A DNA stretch of 64,000 bases from a virus, in the IMG/VR virus record IMGVR_UViG_3300026097_000008, positions 90,977 to 154,976 of that record; one strand, written 5' to 3'. Under the pieces are notes generated by a model that was given only the letters and a program-made list of their open reading frames with translations, was not told where the DNA came from and did no database searches. The position numbers were made by a program, and so were the translations under genes. Positions 47,401-57,235 of this stretch are shown piece after piece (position 1 is the stretch's first letter; each line of letters begins with the position of its first letter).

Positions 47401-50400
47401 GAAAATGTAGAAAGTACTACAGGCGGATTTACAATTACCGTAAATGCAACTCCGCAAGATATTGCAACGGGAGATGTAATTGGTGTAGCAGATCTTTACA
47501 GGTATAATGCTGTTGGTGCCACAGACAGTAGTATGGATGCCTCTTATGAAAAGTTTACCCTAGAAGGGTTTTTTGAAGTGTTAACCGTTGCTAACAATAA
47601 AATTACATTAGCTACTGATCAAACAATAGAAGATATTGACTCTGTAAGGGGTTCTTTAACTAAATTTATATCTGTAAGATCGAGTAATGCTATAGAAGCA
47701 AATGCAATATCACAGCAGGGCGTTTCTAAGAACGATTTAATCTGGATAGATGATAACGGGCAATTGGCATGGAACGTACTAAAAAACAATCAATCATTTT
47801 TAGAATTGCAAAAATTGTCTAATGATACTGCCGGTGAAGGACATAACTACGGATTTAGCATCAGTGCTGATGATAGGAATACAACATTACTTGTAGGTGC
47901 GCCTGATTACGAAGACGGTAGAGTTTTTGTTTATAACAGACCTGCAAACAGTGTAAATTTTGTTCAAACACAAATTATTGAACCTTTTGGTTTTGCAGAT
48001 CCAGCAGAACGATTCGGAGCAAGTGTTGCTGTGAGCCCTGACGGTGAATATGCTATCATTGGCTCACCTAACGCATCTAATGTAAAAACAAAATACGATA
48101 GTAATAAAGATTTTGTTGCTACAACTGATTATCCAAAAGGTTCAATAGTTAGAAAAGATCAAAGTTTATGGAAGTCTGTAGTAGATATTCAAGGTCAAGA
48201 AGATAATATTCTTTTCAACAGCTTTGGTAGTACAACCCAAGCAATAGAAACGCTGAGTATTGAAGCAGATAGCACTCAACAGTCGCCTGTTCTATTAGTT
48301 GGTAATTATGCTATAGATGCAACAACAGGATTGTATGCATTTCCTAACTTCCAAACAGATCATTTCTTAGTAAGAGTACCTTTAGAGATATATGAAGGGT
48401 CTGGCCAAAACGATGAAGTTAAACTAGGATGGAATAAGAGGACTTATTCCAATCAATCGCAATCAGTATTAGTAGATAGAGAACCTTTTAACGGAGACTA
48501 TCCTTTAATAACAGGCGAATTTTTAGAACAAACTAGAAGTATACAGCATAAAGTAGATGTTATACTTTATATTAATGCTGCAACAAATGTTCCTAATATA
48601 GGCGACACCCTTCAAACTGATACAGGAAGCGGCACAGTTTCTTATGTATTTTCAGATGCATCTGAAACAGTGCTATACCTTAGCGATCTTAACGGTTCGT
48701 TAAATGCAGAAGATCCTATTTTTAGATCAGATGGAGATTTTATAGGACAATACGTAAAACAAGGTCCTAATGACGAAGTTGATACTTCAGCTGTTTGGGG
48801 CGGATATTGGATGATAAAAGTTAGTACATCCTATACTCCCACTACACTTACTAACGTAAGCGACCAAGGCAAGGCATTAGTCTTTTATGATGTAATACCT
48901 GATAGTACTTCCACAGGCAGATATTACTATAATAGTTTAGATTTTCAAGCCGGCGTCACAAGAAGTCAAAACACTTTAGGTAGTCTTATCGAAGTCTTAA
49001 GCTTTAGCGGCTCCCCCGGACCTGGCGGCACTACAGGAGATTTTTTAAGTAATTTATATGTGGTAAGAACTCCAAAGCAGATTACTGATATAATTACAGC
49101 CGGAGACGAAATAGATTTATATGTCAATCAATTACCTAGAGACGGTATAGGTATTGTTAAAGATCTTACAGATATAAATCTTTCTACAACAATTACAAAT
49201 AAAAAACAAACAGTATACGATGTTTGGGACGGCTACATTAATCTTGATTTTACAAAGTTTGATGCAGGCGGCAATCCTTTTGAACCTAAGATAGGCTTGA
49301 CTGTAAGAGACAGAACACGTGGAGGCACAGCTGAAATTGCTTTCTATCAAAGGAATGGACTTAACGTTACTATTTTTGTTAAAAATGTTTCGGGAACTTG
49401 GTCGTTAGGTGACGATTTTGGACAAAATGCAGAAATAGAATTTTTAGGAGTTCCCGGAGATCCAGATGTTATATATCAAGTTGATAGAATCATGGGTCAA
49501 ATACAGTACATTGGACTAGGATATGCTCCGGCAAATATCGGCGGACTGCTAGTCTTTGAAGCTGCTGAAAATATAGATATTCCTACTACTAGAGTACTAC
49601 TCGATATAGAATATTGGTTGTATAATGAAAGTGAAATTCAAGGAATTCCTAGACCAGCAAATGCTCCTAGTCCTGTGAATAATGAATGGCAAGAAGTATT
49701 CAATATACCTGCAGACTCTACAGGTACAGCAAGCGGATTAACTAATGAAGGACTGTACAATCTATATCAAAAATCAAGACCAGGAGTTTATGATCTTGTA
49801 GCTTCTTATACTGTTCCTGAACAACAATCAAATCTTTATCTAGGCAATCAAGTAAAAATTACAAAATTCAACGAATTGTACAGAGCTTTTATTCATGCAA
49901 AAGGATTAGAAACTGAATCGTCACCTGGTCGAATATATATGGTCAAAGACGGAATTGAAAATGACAACAGCTACAATTGGGAATATGCAAAAAATAAAAA
50001 GTTTAGAGGGCCGTTTAACGACAGTATAAATTATTATACCGGAGACATAGTTTATTTACAGGACGGATATGATTCGTCAGGTATTTCGAGCGTTGATACA
50101 TTATATACTGCTAAGACAAACATAGCAGCAGGCAACTTTGATGCAAATGACTGGACCTCAACTGATGACCTTATTGATTATGTAGGTTATATTCCTAATA
50201 ATACAGGACTAAGTGTTGTCAATGACAGTAGTAATGATTTTAGTACAGTCCTCGATCAAGGAAATTTATACAGTTTTGGTACATCATATGATATATCAAA
50301 AAATGGCGATGTGTTAGTTGTATCAGCATTATACGATAATACTAAGGCTAATAGAGTTGTTGTTTACAGATCAAATAACGGACACTTTGAAAGACGTCAA

Positions 50401-53400
50401 GAAATATTAGCTGATAGTAATACTAGCGGATTTGGACAAAGTATTTCTATTAGTGATGACGGAATGCTAATAGCTATAGGCGAACCTTTCAATGACGATG
50501 TTGATGAAGATCAAGGTTTAGTTTATATCTATAAACAAATTAACAGCGTATTTGAATTGTATCAAACACTTAATAGTCCTAGCAATGAACGAGCTGAAAT
50601 GTTTGGATGGAATATCGAATTCGACGGCGACAGTCTTGCAGTCAACGCAAGAAATGCAGATTCTTTCGATAAAACTACATTCGATTTATATCAAGATGCA
50701 ATCACATCAGATGATTCTAATTATGTAAATGATCCAACTAGTATAGAAAATACAAATGCTACAACTTTTGATAATGGATTTACGTCATTCAAGACTGTAA
50801 ATAAAAATAGCGGTGTAGTTTATTTGTATGAAAACTATAACGAAACTATGCTATATGGGCAAACTATACAAGTAGCAGATGCAAATATTAACTATTTTGG
50901 TCGAAATTTATTGATTAAAAACAATCATGTTTATGTTAGTCTACCGTCATTGGAGGAAAATGATCGAGAAGGCCAGCTTTATGATTTTAGAAAACCTGAA
51001 AACAGTAGAATATGGAACATACACCGAGAAGCTAAAGACACTGTAGATCTTGACAAAATTAAAAAACTATTCTTGTACGATACTGTGCAACAAGAACTTA
51101 TCACCTACCTAGACTTTATAGATCCATTACAAGGCAAAGTTGCAGGCATAGCAGAACAAGATATTAGATTTAAGACTTATTATGATCCTGCAACGTATTC
51201 GACCACTTCAAATGCTGATCCGTTAGCTACGCAAAGTTTAGTTTTTGACAGAACAGATAGTTGGGGTAAAGAACACGTAGGCGAAGTATGGTGGAATCTA
51301 AACACAGTTAAATTTTATAACCCTTATCAAGATACAGTAATCTATAGCACACAAAACTGGAATCGTATTTTTGTAGGTAATAGTGTAGACGTGTACGAAT
51401 GGGTGGAAAGTGATGTTCTGCCTAGCGTTTGGGACGAACGTGCAGACACAAATCAATGGTTCCCAAGGGGTTATAGTGGCACAAGCTTATATGGTGATAG
51501 TGCATATTCTACTAAATCAGTATATGATAGTGTCGGACAAATATTCAAAACAAAATACTACTTCTGGGTCGAAAATAAAAAGGTTATTCCAAATGTAGAA
51601 TTTAGGAATATTAAACTAACAGAAATCAAGAGCTATATCGAAGATCCGCAAGCCGCAGGTTTAAGATTTGCAACTCTAATTAGTCCAACACAGTTTGTAA
51701 TTTACAACTGCGAAGATTTAATTAAAAATACAGATGTGGCACTAAGTGTGCAATATTGGACAATCGATAACCAAACTCAAAACATTCACAATCAATATCA
51801 GATTGTTAGTGAAGGACTCGAAACAAGTCAGCCAAAGGCAGATATCACAAGAAAATGGTTCGATAGCTTAGTTGGATATGATGAACAAAAAAGACCTGTA
51901 CCCGATCCTTCACTTTCACCTAAGTACAAATATGGTATTCTAAATAATCCTAGACAAGGATGGTTTGTAAATAGAACTGAGGCACTAAAGCAATTTATTG
52001 AAAGAACCAATCGTGTATTGCTGGAAAATTTAATAATTGACGACAAAGATATTTCTAATTTGTTCCAAAATGAGGAAGCACCTAGTGTTCAGTCAAAACA
52101 ATACGATACAACTGTTGATACACTTGCAGATTTAGAATTTGTAGGTGTAGCAAGAGCCGCTCAAGCAAGCCTAACTCCTGTTGTAGAAAATGGTAAAATC
52201 ACAAGAATTATAATTGATAACCCTGGGAGAGGTTATAGAGTTGTACCTACTTTTACTTTAAGTGGCAACGGTGAAGGTGCAGAGATAGAATTAGAGATTA
52301 ACAATATCGGACAAATAATTAGTGCAACTGTAATAAAGCAAGGCAATAATTATGATAATAGTACCACCATTACAGTACGAAGATTTACAGTTTTGGTTCA
52401 AAGTGACAATACAATTCAAGGTAAATGGGCTTTATATGAAAGGTTAACAGCAAATACAGGATCTTGGAATAGAATAAGAAGTCAAGCGTTTGATGCATCG
52501 TTATACTGGAGTTATGCTGATTGGTATGCTATAGGATATAGTGAATTGACAGAAATAAATTTCTTGATAGATAATTCATACGAACTAACAAGCCTTGAAA
52601 ATCAAATAGGCGACACTGTGAAAATATCTAGTATCGGCACAGGTGGTTGGCTATTGCTAGAAAAAATAGATGAGCAGGACACACAAGATTATACTGTAAA
52701 CTATAAAACTATTGGACGAGAAAACGGAACTATACAATTTAATCGAAGTCTTTATGATTTCAATTTTTCAAGTGTCGGTTTTGATACTATTAGTTTCGAT
52801 ACAAAAATATATGACAGCGAACCTGTGAACGAATTAAGGATTGTGCTAAACGCTATTAAAGATGATTTATTCATAGATGATCTATTGATAGAATTTAATA
52901 AACTTTTCTTTGCAAGTATACGATATATTTTCTCAGAGCAGCCTTATGTTGATTGGCTTTTTAAAACAAGCTTCATTAAAGCTAAACATAATGTCGGTAC
53001 ACTTAGAGAAGACATTACTTTTAATAATGATAATCTTCCGAGTTATGAAGCATATGTAAAAGAAGTCAAACCTTTTGCTACTAAAATTAGAGAATACTTG
53101 AGTGCTTATGAAGGGTTAGATAATACAAGATCTGTAGTCACAGATTTTGATCTTGCACCTAGATATCAAGATGCTCTTAAAAAGATATTGCCTGAGGCTA
53201 TAAAAATAGTTGATAATAATTTAATTGGCGTAGATGCAGATCTTGAAACCTATCCGAATAAAAATTGGTTAGATAATGCATCTTACAAAATTACATCTGT
53301 AGATGTTGTAAATAACGGGTCAGGATATACTTCACCACCTGAATTAATTGTTGAAGGCGGCGGTGGATCTGGTGCAATCTTAAAAGCTTTTTTAGGAAGA

Positions 53401-56400
53401 AATGGGCAAATAAGTTCTGTAGAAGTTGTGAATGCAGGCACAGGGTACTATAGTTCTCCTACAGTGAGTATAAACGGCAATCTAATTGAAAGCGGCGAAG
53501 ATGCAACACTCAGTGTAAAGATTGGTGATAGTCCTGTTAGAAATATACATACTATTGTAAAGTTTGATCGCACTACAGGCACTTATCTACACACTAATTT
53601 GTCACCTGACCCGGAAACATTTGTAGGTTCAGGAAACAAATTTGCTTATGATCTAATTTGGCCAATGGATCTTCTAAAAACTAATGTTAATATCTCAGTA
53701 AACAATATAGAATTACTAGAAAGTGAATATTCTTATGAGAATATACTTGATACTTCTAAAGGGTATGATAGATATTATGGTAGAGTAATATTTACTGATG
53801 CACCTCTAGTAGGGGATCAAATTAGTATTACATATAAGAAAAATATTAATTTGCTTCAAGCACAGGATAGAATTAACCTAGCATACGAAATAGGTGCAGG
53901 TAAATTTGGTAAAGACCTTGGTCAATTAATGGACGGCATTGACTACGGTGGCGTCGAAGTAAAAAGTTTCAGTTTCGGCGGCTCAGGCGGCTGGGATGAT
54001 AATTCATGGTTTTCAGATACTTGGGATTCAAACTACGACATTTCTTATGAAGACGAAATTTTCGAGTTTGACGGATCTACAATAGAAGTCACACTTAGTC
54101 AGCCACTAGAACTAGGGGTAGTTTATAATGTATACTATCAAACTCCTACAGATAGTCAACCAGTAAGAATTGATGATCCTGCCTATGACGGAAGTACAAT
54201 TGTAGATAATCCTAATGCAATTATGCGGTCGTTTGTTGGCGACGGAGTGACGCAAACACTTTATCTCGATGATCTTAAATTATCTACATATCAAGAAGAC
54301 GGAAACAATACAGGTATATTTTTACAAACAGGTGCAAATTACAAACTAATTATCCGTAAGTCTACAAGTGACGGTACTTTTGATATTGACCCAGAAGGTT
54401 ATGATACAATTCTTGCAGGTGGTAATTTGAATTATTCTACTGCCACTGGCTTAGCTGCCGAAGATATTACTATCGACGGCGATGGATTTGTGACACCTAC
54501 TACATCAAAAGGTCCAGAAGAATTAATACCTGGACAAATATTGGACACTGTTGATATTAAAGTATTTGAAAGACCTAAAGGCGGAAGTAGTCCTATAACC
54601 TCTAGATTTTATAGAGGCGATGGGTCTACAAAAACATTTGATATTGGAAGTTCATTAATATTAAAAGATAGTATTTTTGTAAAGGTAGAATTTGAAGTAA
54701 AGTCTAGTGATAATTACACTATAGATTATGCAGAAAATACTATAACACTTGATACTGCTCCTGCCGCTGGTCAAAGAATTAATATCTTGACATTAGGAGT
54801 AAGTGGCACAAATGTTCTAGATATTGACGAGTTTATTGCCGATGGAAGCACTGTTGAATTTTTAACTAATGTAAGATGGAGTGAAACTCTTTCTTATTAT
54901 ATAACTATTGACGGTGAAAAACAAGAAAACATTGTATTCCGATCTGACGAAACATACGAAGTTCCTAACAATGTGGTATTAAAGTTAGCTACCCCGCCTA
55001 GTGCAGGAAGCGTTATACGTTTTGCTTTTTTTGAAAATGATACAGATGTTAAAAACTTTAGTGAAGTATTGATAGATAACTTTATAGCAGACGGAAGCAC
55101 AACTAGTTTCCAACTTAGTCAAACACCATTCACACAAAAAATAGAATCCTGGTTTACAGTAGTAAAAGTGAACAATAAAATACTTAATGCAGGGTATAAT
55201 AAACGATTCATTGCCACAGCAGCTAAATTAGAATATAAATTAGACGAATGGCAAGTTCCGCCAGGTTCTATTAGAAATAGTCAAATTAAAGTATTCTTAA
55301 ATGGAACAGAGCTCGAATATATTCAACAATGGACGTTTGTAGGAAATCCTAGCACAGATGATCAAGACGGTACACTAATAAGATTAAAAGATAATGTAGT
55401 ACAGCAAGATGGCAACGTTTTAGATGTATATGTTATAAGCGATGGCGAGTATAGATACGGAACATTTGACAACAATCTACAATTTACCGAAACACCAGGT
55501 ATTTTACAATTAGATAGTGCTTATAATGATGGCGATACTATTACAGTATATCAATTTAGTAATCACGACAGTCAAGGATTTGAAAGACAAAAATTCGATG
55601 TAGTGGATAGGGTTAATATTACTAATCTAGAAGATGGTAGTACTATACCGGTAGATGATGCAACATTTCCTGAAGAATGGTATCAAATACAGCACCTAAG
55701 AAATGGTCTGATAGAGCTTCGCGAAGAAGCAATAGATGCACAATATGTTTGGGTGACAATTAATGGCGATCTATTGACACCTAACGTAGATTACTATATT
55801 ACAGAAAACAAACGTTATGTAAAAATAGATGCAACTATTGCGGAAAATGACACTATTGAATTAATACAATTTAGCAATCCGATCACCACTAATAAATTAG
55901 GTTGGAGACAGTTTAAAGACATGTTGAATCGCACACACTACAAACGCCTTGATGGTACAGAAAATATCACTCTTGCAAGCGATTTGAATTGGTACGATAA
56001 TGAGATAGTACTTATTAATGCAGACAGTCTTGTGGAACCACAGCCTAACGGCAAAGTTCCTAATATTATTTTTATTGAAGGAGAACGTATTGAATACTTT
56101 ATTAAGGACGGTAATACGCTCAAGCAGCTACGTAGAGGCACACTAGGTACAGGAGTGAAGGATGTTTATACGACAGGTACAGAACTTTATAACCAAAGTC
56201 AAGAATCTACAATGCCTTACAAAGACGAAACAATTACTACTATATTAGATGCAGACGGAACAAGCACAGTTTATGAACTAGATTTTGTTGCAAATAATGT
56301 AAACGAATTTGAAGTTTTTGTCGCAGGTAGGCGCTTGCGAAAAAGTGAAATTAATTCTTATGTACAACCTAATCCAACTGCACAAGATTCGCCAGAAGGA

Positions 56401-56595
56401 GACATAACTCTTCCAGCAGAATTTAGTGTTAATGGAAATCAATTAACTTTAGCAGAAGCACCAGAGATTAACACAAAAATAATTATAGTTAGAAGACAAG
56501 GTAAACTTTGGAATGATCCGGGAACTGCACTAGCAGATGCAGATACCGACATTGCAAGATTCTTACGTGCGAAGTCTCCGGACTTTCCGCGCTAA
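41479..56595 (+). CDS. Giant baseplate wedge / virion protein (5038 aa, gp7-like position)
   Basis: Single uninterrupted ORF after gp6. Contains FG-GAP-like propeller repeats, CBM-like W..Y..GD.V.Y repeats, 'I.N.G.GY...P' repeats, 'VKPFATKIR' and '(G/A)DGST..F' repeats. Confidence 0.75.
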   Translation: MAYENDQNESALPAGPGGNRKRKSSDHLPRYFRTQANTKFLSSTLDQLIQPGVVEQINGFVGRKSAKAFTQNDNYVADVSKSREDYQFEPAAVIKDDLGNVKFYKDYNDYVNQLGSFNKGINDHSILNRQEYYAWEPHIDWDKFSNFREYYWLPNGPQSVPIAGNTIDVESNIKVTVGDNVDNNTFLFSNAGTTNNPTITLYRGQTYRFEVDTPNLPFTIKTQRTLEDDFNLDSSSILVLEGVSLQNLESGTTTIQLGPDVPDIIYYVAANDINAAGTIIVKDIEEATFIDVENEILGKRYYKTSNGFDLSNGMKVYFTGDVEPASYSTGAYYVEGVGNSIKLVSETSLNVPSAFTSDIVLEFDDEQEGFDTVPFSSAIGYAGTKDYFVVNRASQDGNLWSRYNRWFHRSVIEQSAAINNQPVEVDQSLRAKRPIIEFNAGLKLANFGTLAKTDVDLVDDFTTDVFSVIEGSPGYNIDGIDIVNGMRILFTADTDILVKGRIFEVEFINFASGGASNRQVHLKEVSDTQPLDNEVVLVKNGTTYKGKLFYFQNDAWKLTQDKTNVNQAPLFDVFDADGNSYADTTAYSASNFLGTKVFSYQEGTGSIDDELGISLNYRNIANVGDILFDFNLLNDSFTYTIDNAIFSKNTDIGFLRSYTDRTSFTTLNGWTEADTDSDQPVIRQYVFDNTSVGFEIDVYDNSASLTDLWIRVYLNNDLKFEGTDYTINTNVQGNSVINFNNSLTIGDVVVIKTKSSTIKNDNGLYEVPINLERNPLNENLTEFTLGEVNDHVSTIIEGTGEFAGTYPGTSNLRDLGSVSKFGRRFVQHSAPLNLSLYHLLDKESNIVKAISFARNEYAKFKRQFLLTIDELGYDGPVKGHVDKVLSEINRAKTESMPFYFSDMVPTGATKKNTYIVEDVNFTFFGLTRTFLLTEQSRRAVEVYQNGVQLVYGKDYTFNTDGFCVITATKQLDDVIEIYEYESTNGSFVPPTPTKLGLYPKYEPSVYVDNTYQTPTKVIQGHDGSIIVAYDDFRDDLILELEKRIYNNLKVEYDVSLFDIHDIKGGEYRNTGVDRTDLNRAMLGDFIEWSNLVESDYTLHDFFERTNRFTFNHKNLQSPSGKTVPGFWRQIYKEAYDTDRPHTHPWEMLGFTIQPTWWEEVYGPAPYTKDNLILWQDLEGGIVREPNKKLVFKTKYKRSGLTSYIPVDEQGNLLPPVDSGYIRNYTAQEIDDSFVFGDGAPVETAWRRSSEYPFSLLKSFVINQPSKTFATAFDRIRQTRNATGQIVYSSTNKRLRLSDIVFPNTSEDTTQVYTAGLVNYVSAYMAADVLRSYTEYKENINNLRNQIGFKIGGFTDKEKFRLILDSRTPLNEGNVFVPDENYQIFLNTSSPIETISYSGVIVERREDGYVIKGYDRQNTSFKYHRAVQTQNDPSINIGGISEPFLIWTAGKQYVPGTNVEFEGSYYRVKTAHTSENDFDSSFFAKLPNLPLIGGRDAVIRKSFLADFEEELLYGTLLPEVQDVVDFLLGYGSWLESKGFVFDYFDGDSAAVLNWRHSVNEFLFWTTQNWSAGSVIALSPAASRLKLQTDYSTVDNVFDSFYGYTLLKSDGNKLVEEFSSLGREPNEFILQPKNTEDGIFSVRLPLIQKEHVCLIDNRTVFGDVIYDLQPGYRQERIKVLGYRTDGWDGSLNIPGFIYDNATVEEWESWKDYAIGDVVKYKEFYYSAAVKISGEENFTASKWNRLAEKPEAGLYANFEYKTNQFGDFYDLDSDNFDTEQQRLAQHLIGYQKRDYLENIINDSVSQYKFYQGMIADKGTENALTKLFDALASDDKDSLEFYEEWAIKDGQYGASDGFEEVEFKLDESKFRLTPQPIELVNQVTGQETDLVYRIQPFETYVKSTDYDHTNAFPSKKILDTYINNAGYVNQQDVLGIASSYTDITSFFYNQVRQGAYIWVGNDNRSWNVYKHVGTPYIIENVESTTGGFTITVNATPQDIATGDVIGVADLYRYNAVGATDSSMDASYEKFTLEGFFEVLTVANNKITLATDQTIEDIDSVRGSLTKFISVRSSNAIEANAISQQGVSKNDLIWIDDNGQLAWNVLKNNQSFLELQKLSNDTAGEGHNYGFSISADDRNTTLLVGAPDYEDGRVFVYNRPANSVNFVQTQIIEPFGFADPAERFGASVAVSPDGEYAIIGSPNASNVKTKYDSNKDFVATTDYPKGSIVRKDQSLWKSVVDIQGQEDNILFNSFGSTTQAIETLSIEADSTQQSPVLLVGNYAIDATTGLYAFPNFQTDHFLVRVPLEIYEGSGQNDEVKLGWNKRTYSNQSQSVLVDREPFNGDYPLITGEFLEQTRSIQHKVDVILYINAATNVPNIGDTLQTDTGSGTVSYVFSDASETVLYLSDLNGSLNAEDPIFRSDGDFIGQYVKQGPNDEVDTSAVWGGYWMIKVSTSYTPTTLTNVSDQGKALVFYDVIPDSTSTGRYYYNSLDFQAGVTRSQNTLGSLIEVLSFSGSPGPGGTTGDFLSNLYVVRTPKQITDIITAGDEIDLYVNQLPRDGIGIVKDLTDINLSTTITNKKQTVYDVWDGYINLDFTKFDAGGNPFEPKIGLTVRDRTRGGTAEIAFYQRNGLNVTIFVKNVSGTWSLGDDFGQNAEIEFLGVPGDPDVIYQVDRIMGQIQYIGLGYAPANIGGLLVFEAAENIDIPTTRVLLDIEYWLYNESEIQGIPRPANAPSPVNNEWQEVFNIPADSTGTASGLTNEGLYNLYQKSRPGVYDLVASYTVPEQQSNLYLGNQVKITKFNELYRAFIHAKGLETESSPGRIYMVKDGIENDNSYNWEYAKNKKFRGPFNDSINYYTGDIVYLQDGYDSSGISSVDTLYTAKTNIAAGNFDANDWTSTDDLIDYVGYIPNNTGLSVVNDSSNDFSTVLDQGNLYSFGTSYDISKNGDVLVVSALYDNTKANRVVVYRSNNGHFERRQEILADSNTSGFGQSISISDDGMLIAIGEPFNDDVDEDQGLVYIYKQINSVFELYQTLNSPSNERAEMFGWNIEFDGDSLAVNARNADSFDKTTFDLYQDAITSDDSNYVNDPTSIENTNATTFDNGFTSFKTVNKNSGVVYLYENYNETMLYGQTIQVADANINYFGRNLLIKNNHVYVSLPSLEENDREGQLYDFRKPENSRIWNIHREAKDTVDLDKIKKLFLYDTVQQELITYLDFIDPLQGKVAGIAEQDIRFKTYYDPATYSTTSNADPLATQSLVFDRTDSWGKEHVGEVWWNLNTVKFYNPYQDTVIYSTQNWNRIFVGNSVDVYEWVESDVLPSVWDERADTNQWFPRGYSGTSLYGDSAYSTKSVYDSVGQIFKTKYYFWVENKKVIPNVEFRNIKLTEIKSYIEDPQAAGLRFATLISPTQFVIYNCEDLIKNTDVALSVQYWTIDNQTQNIHNQYQIVSEGLETSQPKADITRKWFDSLVGYDEQKRPVPDPSLSPKYKYGILNNPRQGWFVNRTEALKQFIERTNRVLLENLIIDDKDISNLFQNEEAPSVQSKQYDTTVDTLADLEFVGVARAAQASLTPVVENGKITRIIIDNPGRGYRVVPTFTLSGNGEGAEIELEINNIGQIISATVIKQGNNYDNSTTITVRRFTVLVQSDNTIQGKWALYERLTANTGSWNRIRSQAFDASLYWSYADWYAIGYSELTEINFLIDNSYELTSLENQIGDTVKISSIGTGGWLLLEKIDEQDTQDYTVNYKTIGRENGTIQFNRSLYDFNFSSVGFDTISFDTKIYDSEPVNELRIVLNAIKDDLFIDDLLIEFNKLFFASIRYIFSEQPYVDWLFKTSFIKAKHNVGTLREDITFNNDNLPSYEAYVKEVKPFATKIREYLSAYEGLDNTRSVVTDFDLAPRYQDALKKILPEAIKIVDNNLIGVDADLETYPNKNWLDNASYKITSVDVVNNGSGYTSPPELIVEGGGGSGAILKAFLGRNGQISSVEVVNAGTGYYSSPTVSINGNLIESGEDATLSVKIGDSPVRNIHTIVKFDRTTGTYLHTNLSPDPETFVGSGNKFAYDLIWPMDLLKTNVNISVNNIELLESEYSYENILDTSKGYDRYYGRVIFTDAPLVGDQISITYKKNINLLQAQDRINLAYEIGAGKFGKDLGQLMDGIDYGGVEVKSFSFGGSGGWDDNSWFSDTWDSNYDISYEDEIFEFDGSTIEVTLSQPLELGVVYNVYYQTPTDSQPVRIDDPAYDGSTIVDNPNAIMRSFVGDGVTQTLYLDDLKLSTYQEDGNNTGIFLQTGANYKLIIRKSTSDGTFDIDPEGYDTILAGGNLNYSTATGLAAEDITIDGDGFVTPTTSKGPEELIPGQILDTVDIKVFERPKGGSSPITSRFYRGDGSTKTFDIGSSLILKDSIFVKVEFEVKSSDNYTIDYAENTITLDTAPAAGQRINILTLGVSGTNVLDIDEFIADGSTVEFLTNVRWSETLSYYITIDGEKQENIVFRSDETYEVPNNVVLKLATPPSAGSVIRFAFFENDTDVKNFSEVLIDNFIADGSTTSFQLSQTPFTQKIESWFTVVKVNNKILNAGYNKRFIATAAKLEYKLDEWQVPPGSIRNSQIKVFLNGTELEYIQQWTFVGNPSTDDQDGTLIRLKDNVVQQDGNVLDVYVISDGEYRYGTFDNNLQFTETPGILQLDSAYNDGDTITVYQFSNHDSQGFERQKFDVVDRVNITNLEDGSTIPVDDATFPEEWYQIQHLRNGLIELREEAIDAQYVWVTINGDLLTPNVDYYITENKRYVKIDATIAENDTIELIQFSNPITTNKLGWRQFKDMLNRTHYKRLDGTENITLASDLNWYDNEIVLINADSLVEPQPNGKVPNIIFIEGERIEYFIKDGNTLKQLRRGTLGTGVKDVYTTGTELYNQSQESTMPYKDETITTILDADGTSTVYELDFVANNVNEFEVFVAGRRLRKSEINSYVQPNPTAQDSPEGDITLPAEFSVNGNQLTLAEAPEINTKIIIVRRQGKLWNDPGTALADADTDIARFLRAKSPDFPR

Positions 56596-56598
56596 ATA
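56593..56598 (+). promoter_or_regulatory. gp55-type late promoter (cTAAATA) overlapping stop codon
   Basis: TAAATA ~20 nt upstream of the next ATG. Confidence 0.6.
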
Positions 56599-56617
56599 CA
56601 CTAGCAGGATATAAAAA

Positions 56618-57229
56618 ATGAGCAATATAAACGATAAAAGTGGAATACTACTACAAGGTCATATTAAGATTCACGAGCCTGAAACAGGCAAAGTTCTTAT
56701 TGACAAACGGAATGCTATTCACTATGAAAACATGAGTATCAGCCTTGCTGAAAGTATAGCCAACGGCGGACAAGGTTGGATATATGAAATGGGCTTCGGA
56801 AACGGCGGCACAAGTGTTGACCCTACAGGTATTATCACATACTTAACACCGAACAGTACAGGAACCAATGCTAGCTTGTATAATGAAACATTTACAAAAG
56901 TAGTAGATGACCGTTCGATTAATAATTTAGATCCTGCAAGAAACAAAATCGAAACTCGTCATGTAAGCGGTACTAACTATACTGATGTTCTCATAACTTG
57001 TTTATTAGATTACGGCGAGCCTAGCGGACAAGACGCTTTTGATACTGCTACTGATACAAACAGTCTTTATATATTTGACGAACTAGGACTAAAAAGCTAT
57101 AGTCCTGCAGGAGACGGACGTCTGCTGACACACGTAATCTTCCATCCTGTGCAAAAAAGTTTAAACAGATTGATCCAAATTGATTATACTGTAAGGGTAC
57201 AGAGCTTAACTGGATTTAACGAGGGATAA
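56618..57229 (+). CDS. Baseplate protein (203 aa; fibre-attachment / gp8-like position)
   Basis: 'GFGNGG', 'LDYGEP', 'FDELGL...LLTHVIFHPVQKS..R.IQIDYTVR'. Confidence 0.65.
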   Translation: MSNINDKSGILLQGHIKIHEPETGKVLIDKRNAIHYENMSISLAESIANGGQGWIYEMGFGNGGTSVDPTGIITYLTPNSTGTNASLYNETFTKVVDDRSINNLDPARNKIETRHVSGTNYTDVLITCLLDYGEPSGQDAFDTATDTNSLYIFDELGLKSYSPAGDGRLLTHVIFHPVQKSLNRLIQIDYTVRVQSLTGFNEG

Positions 57230-57235
57230 AGTTAG

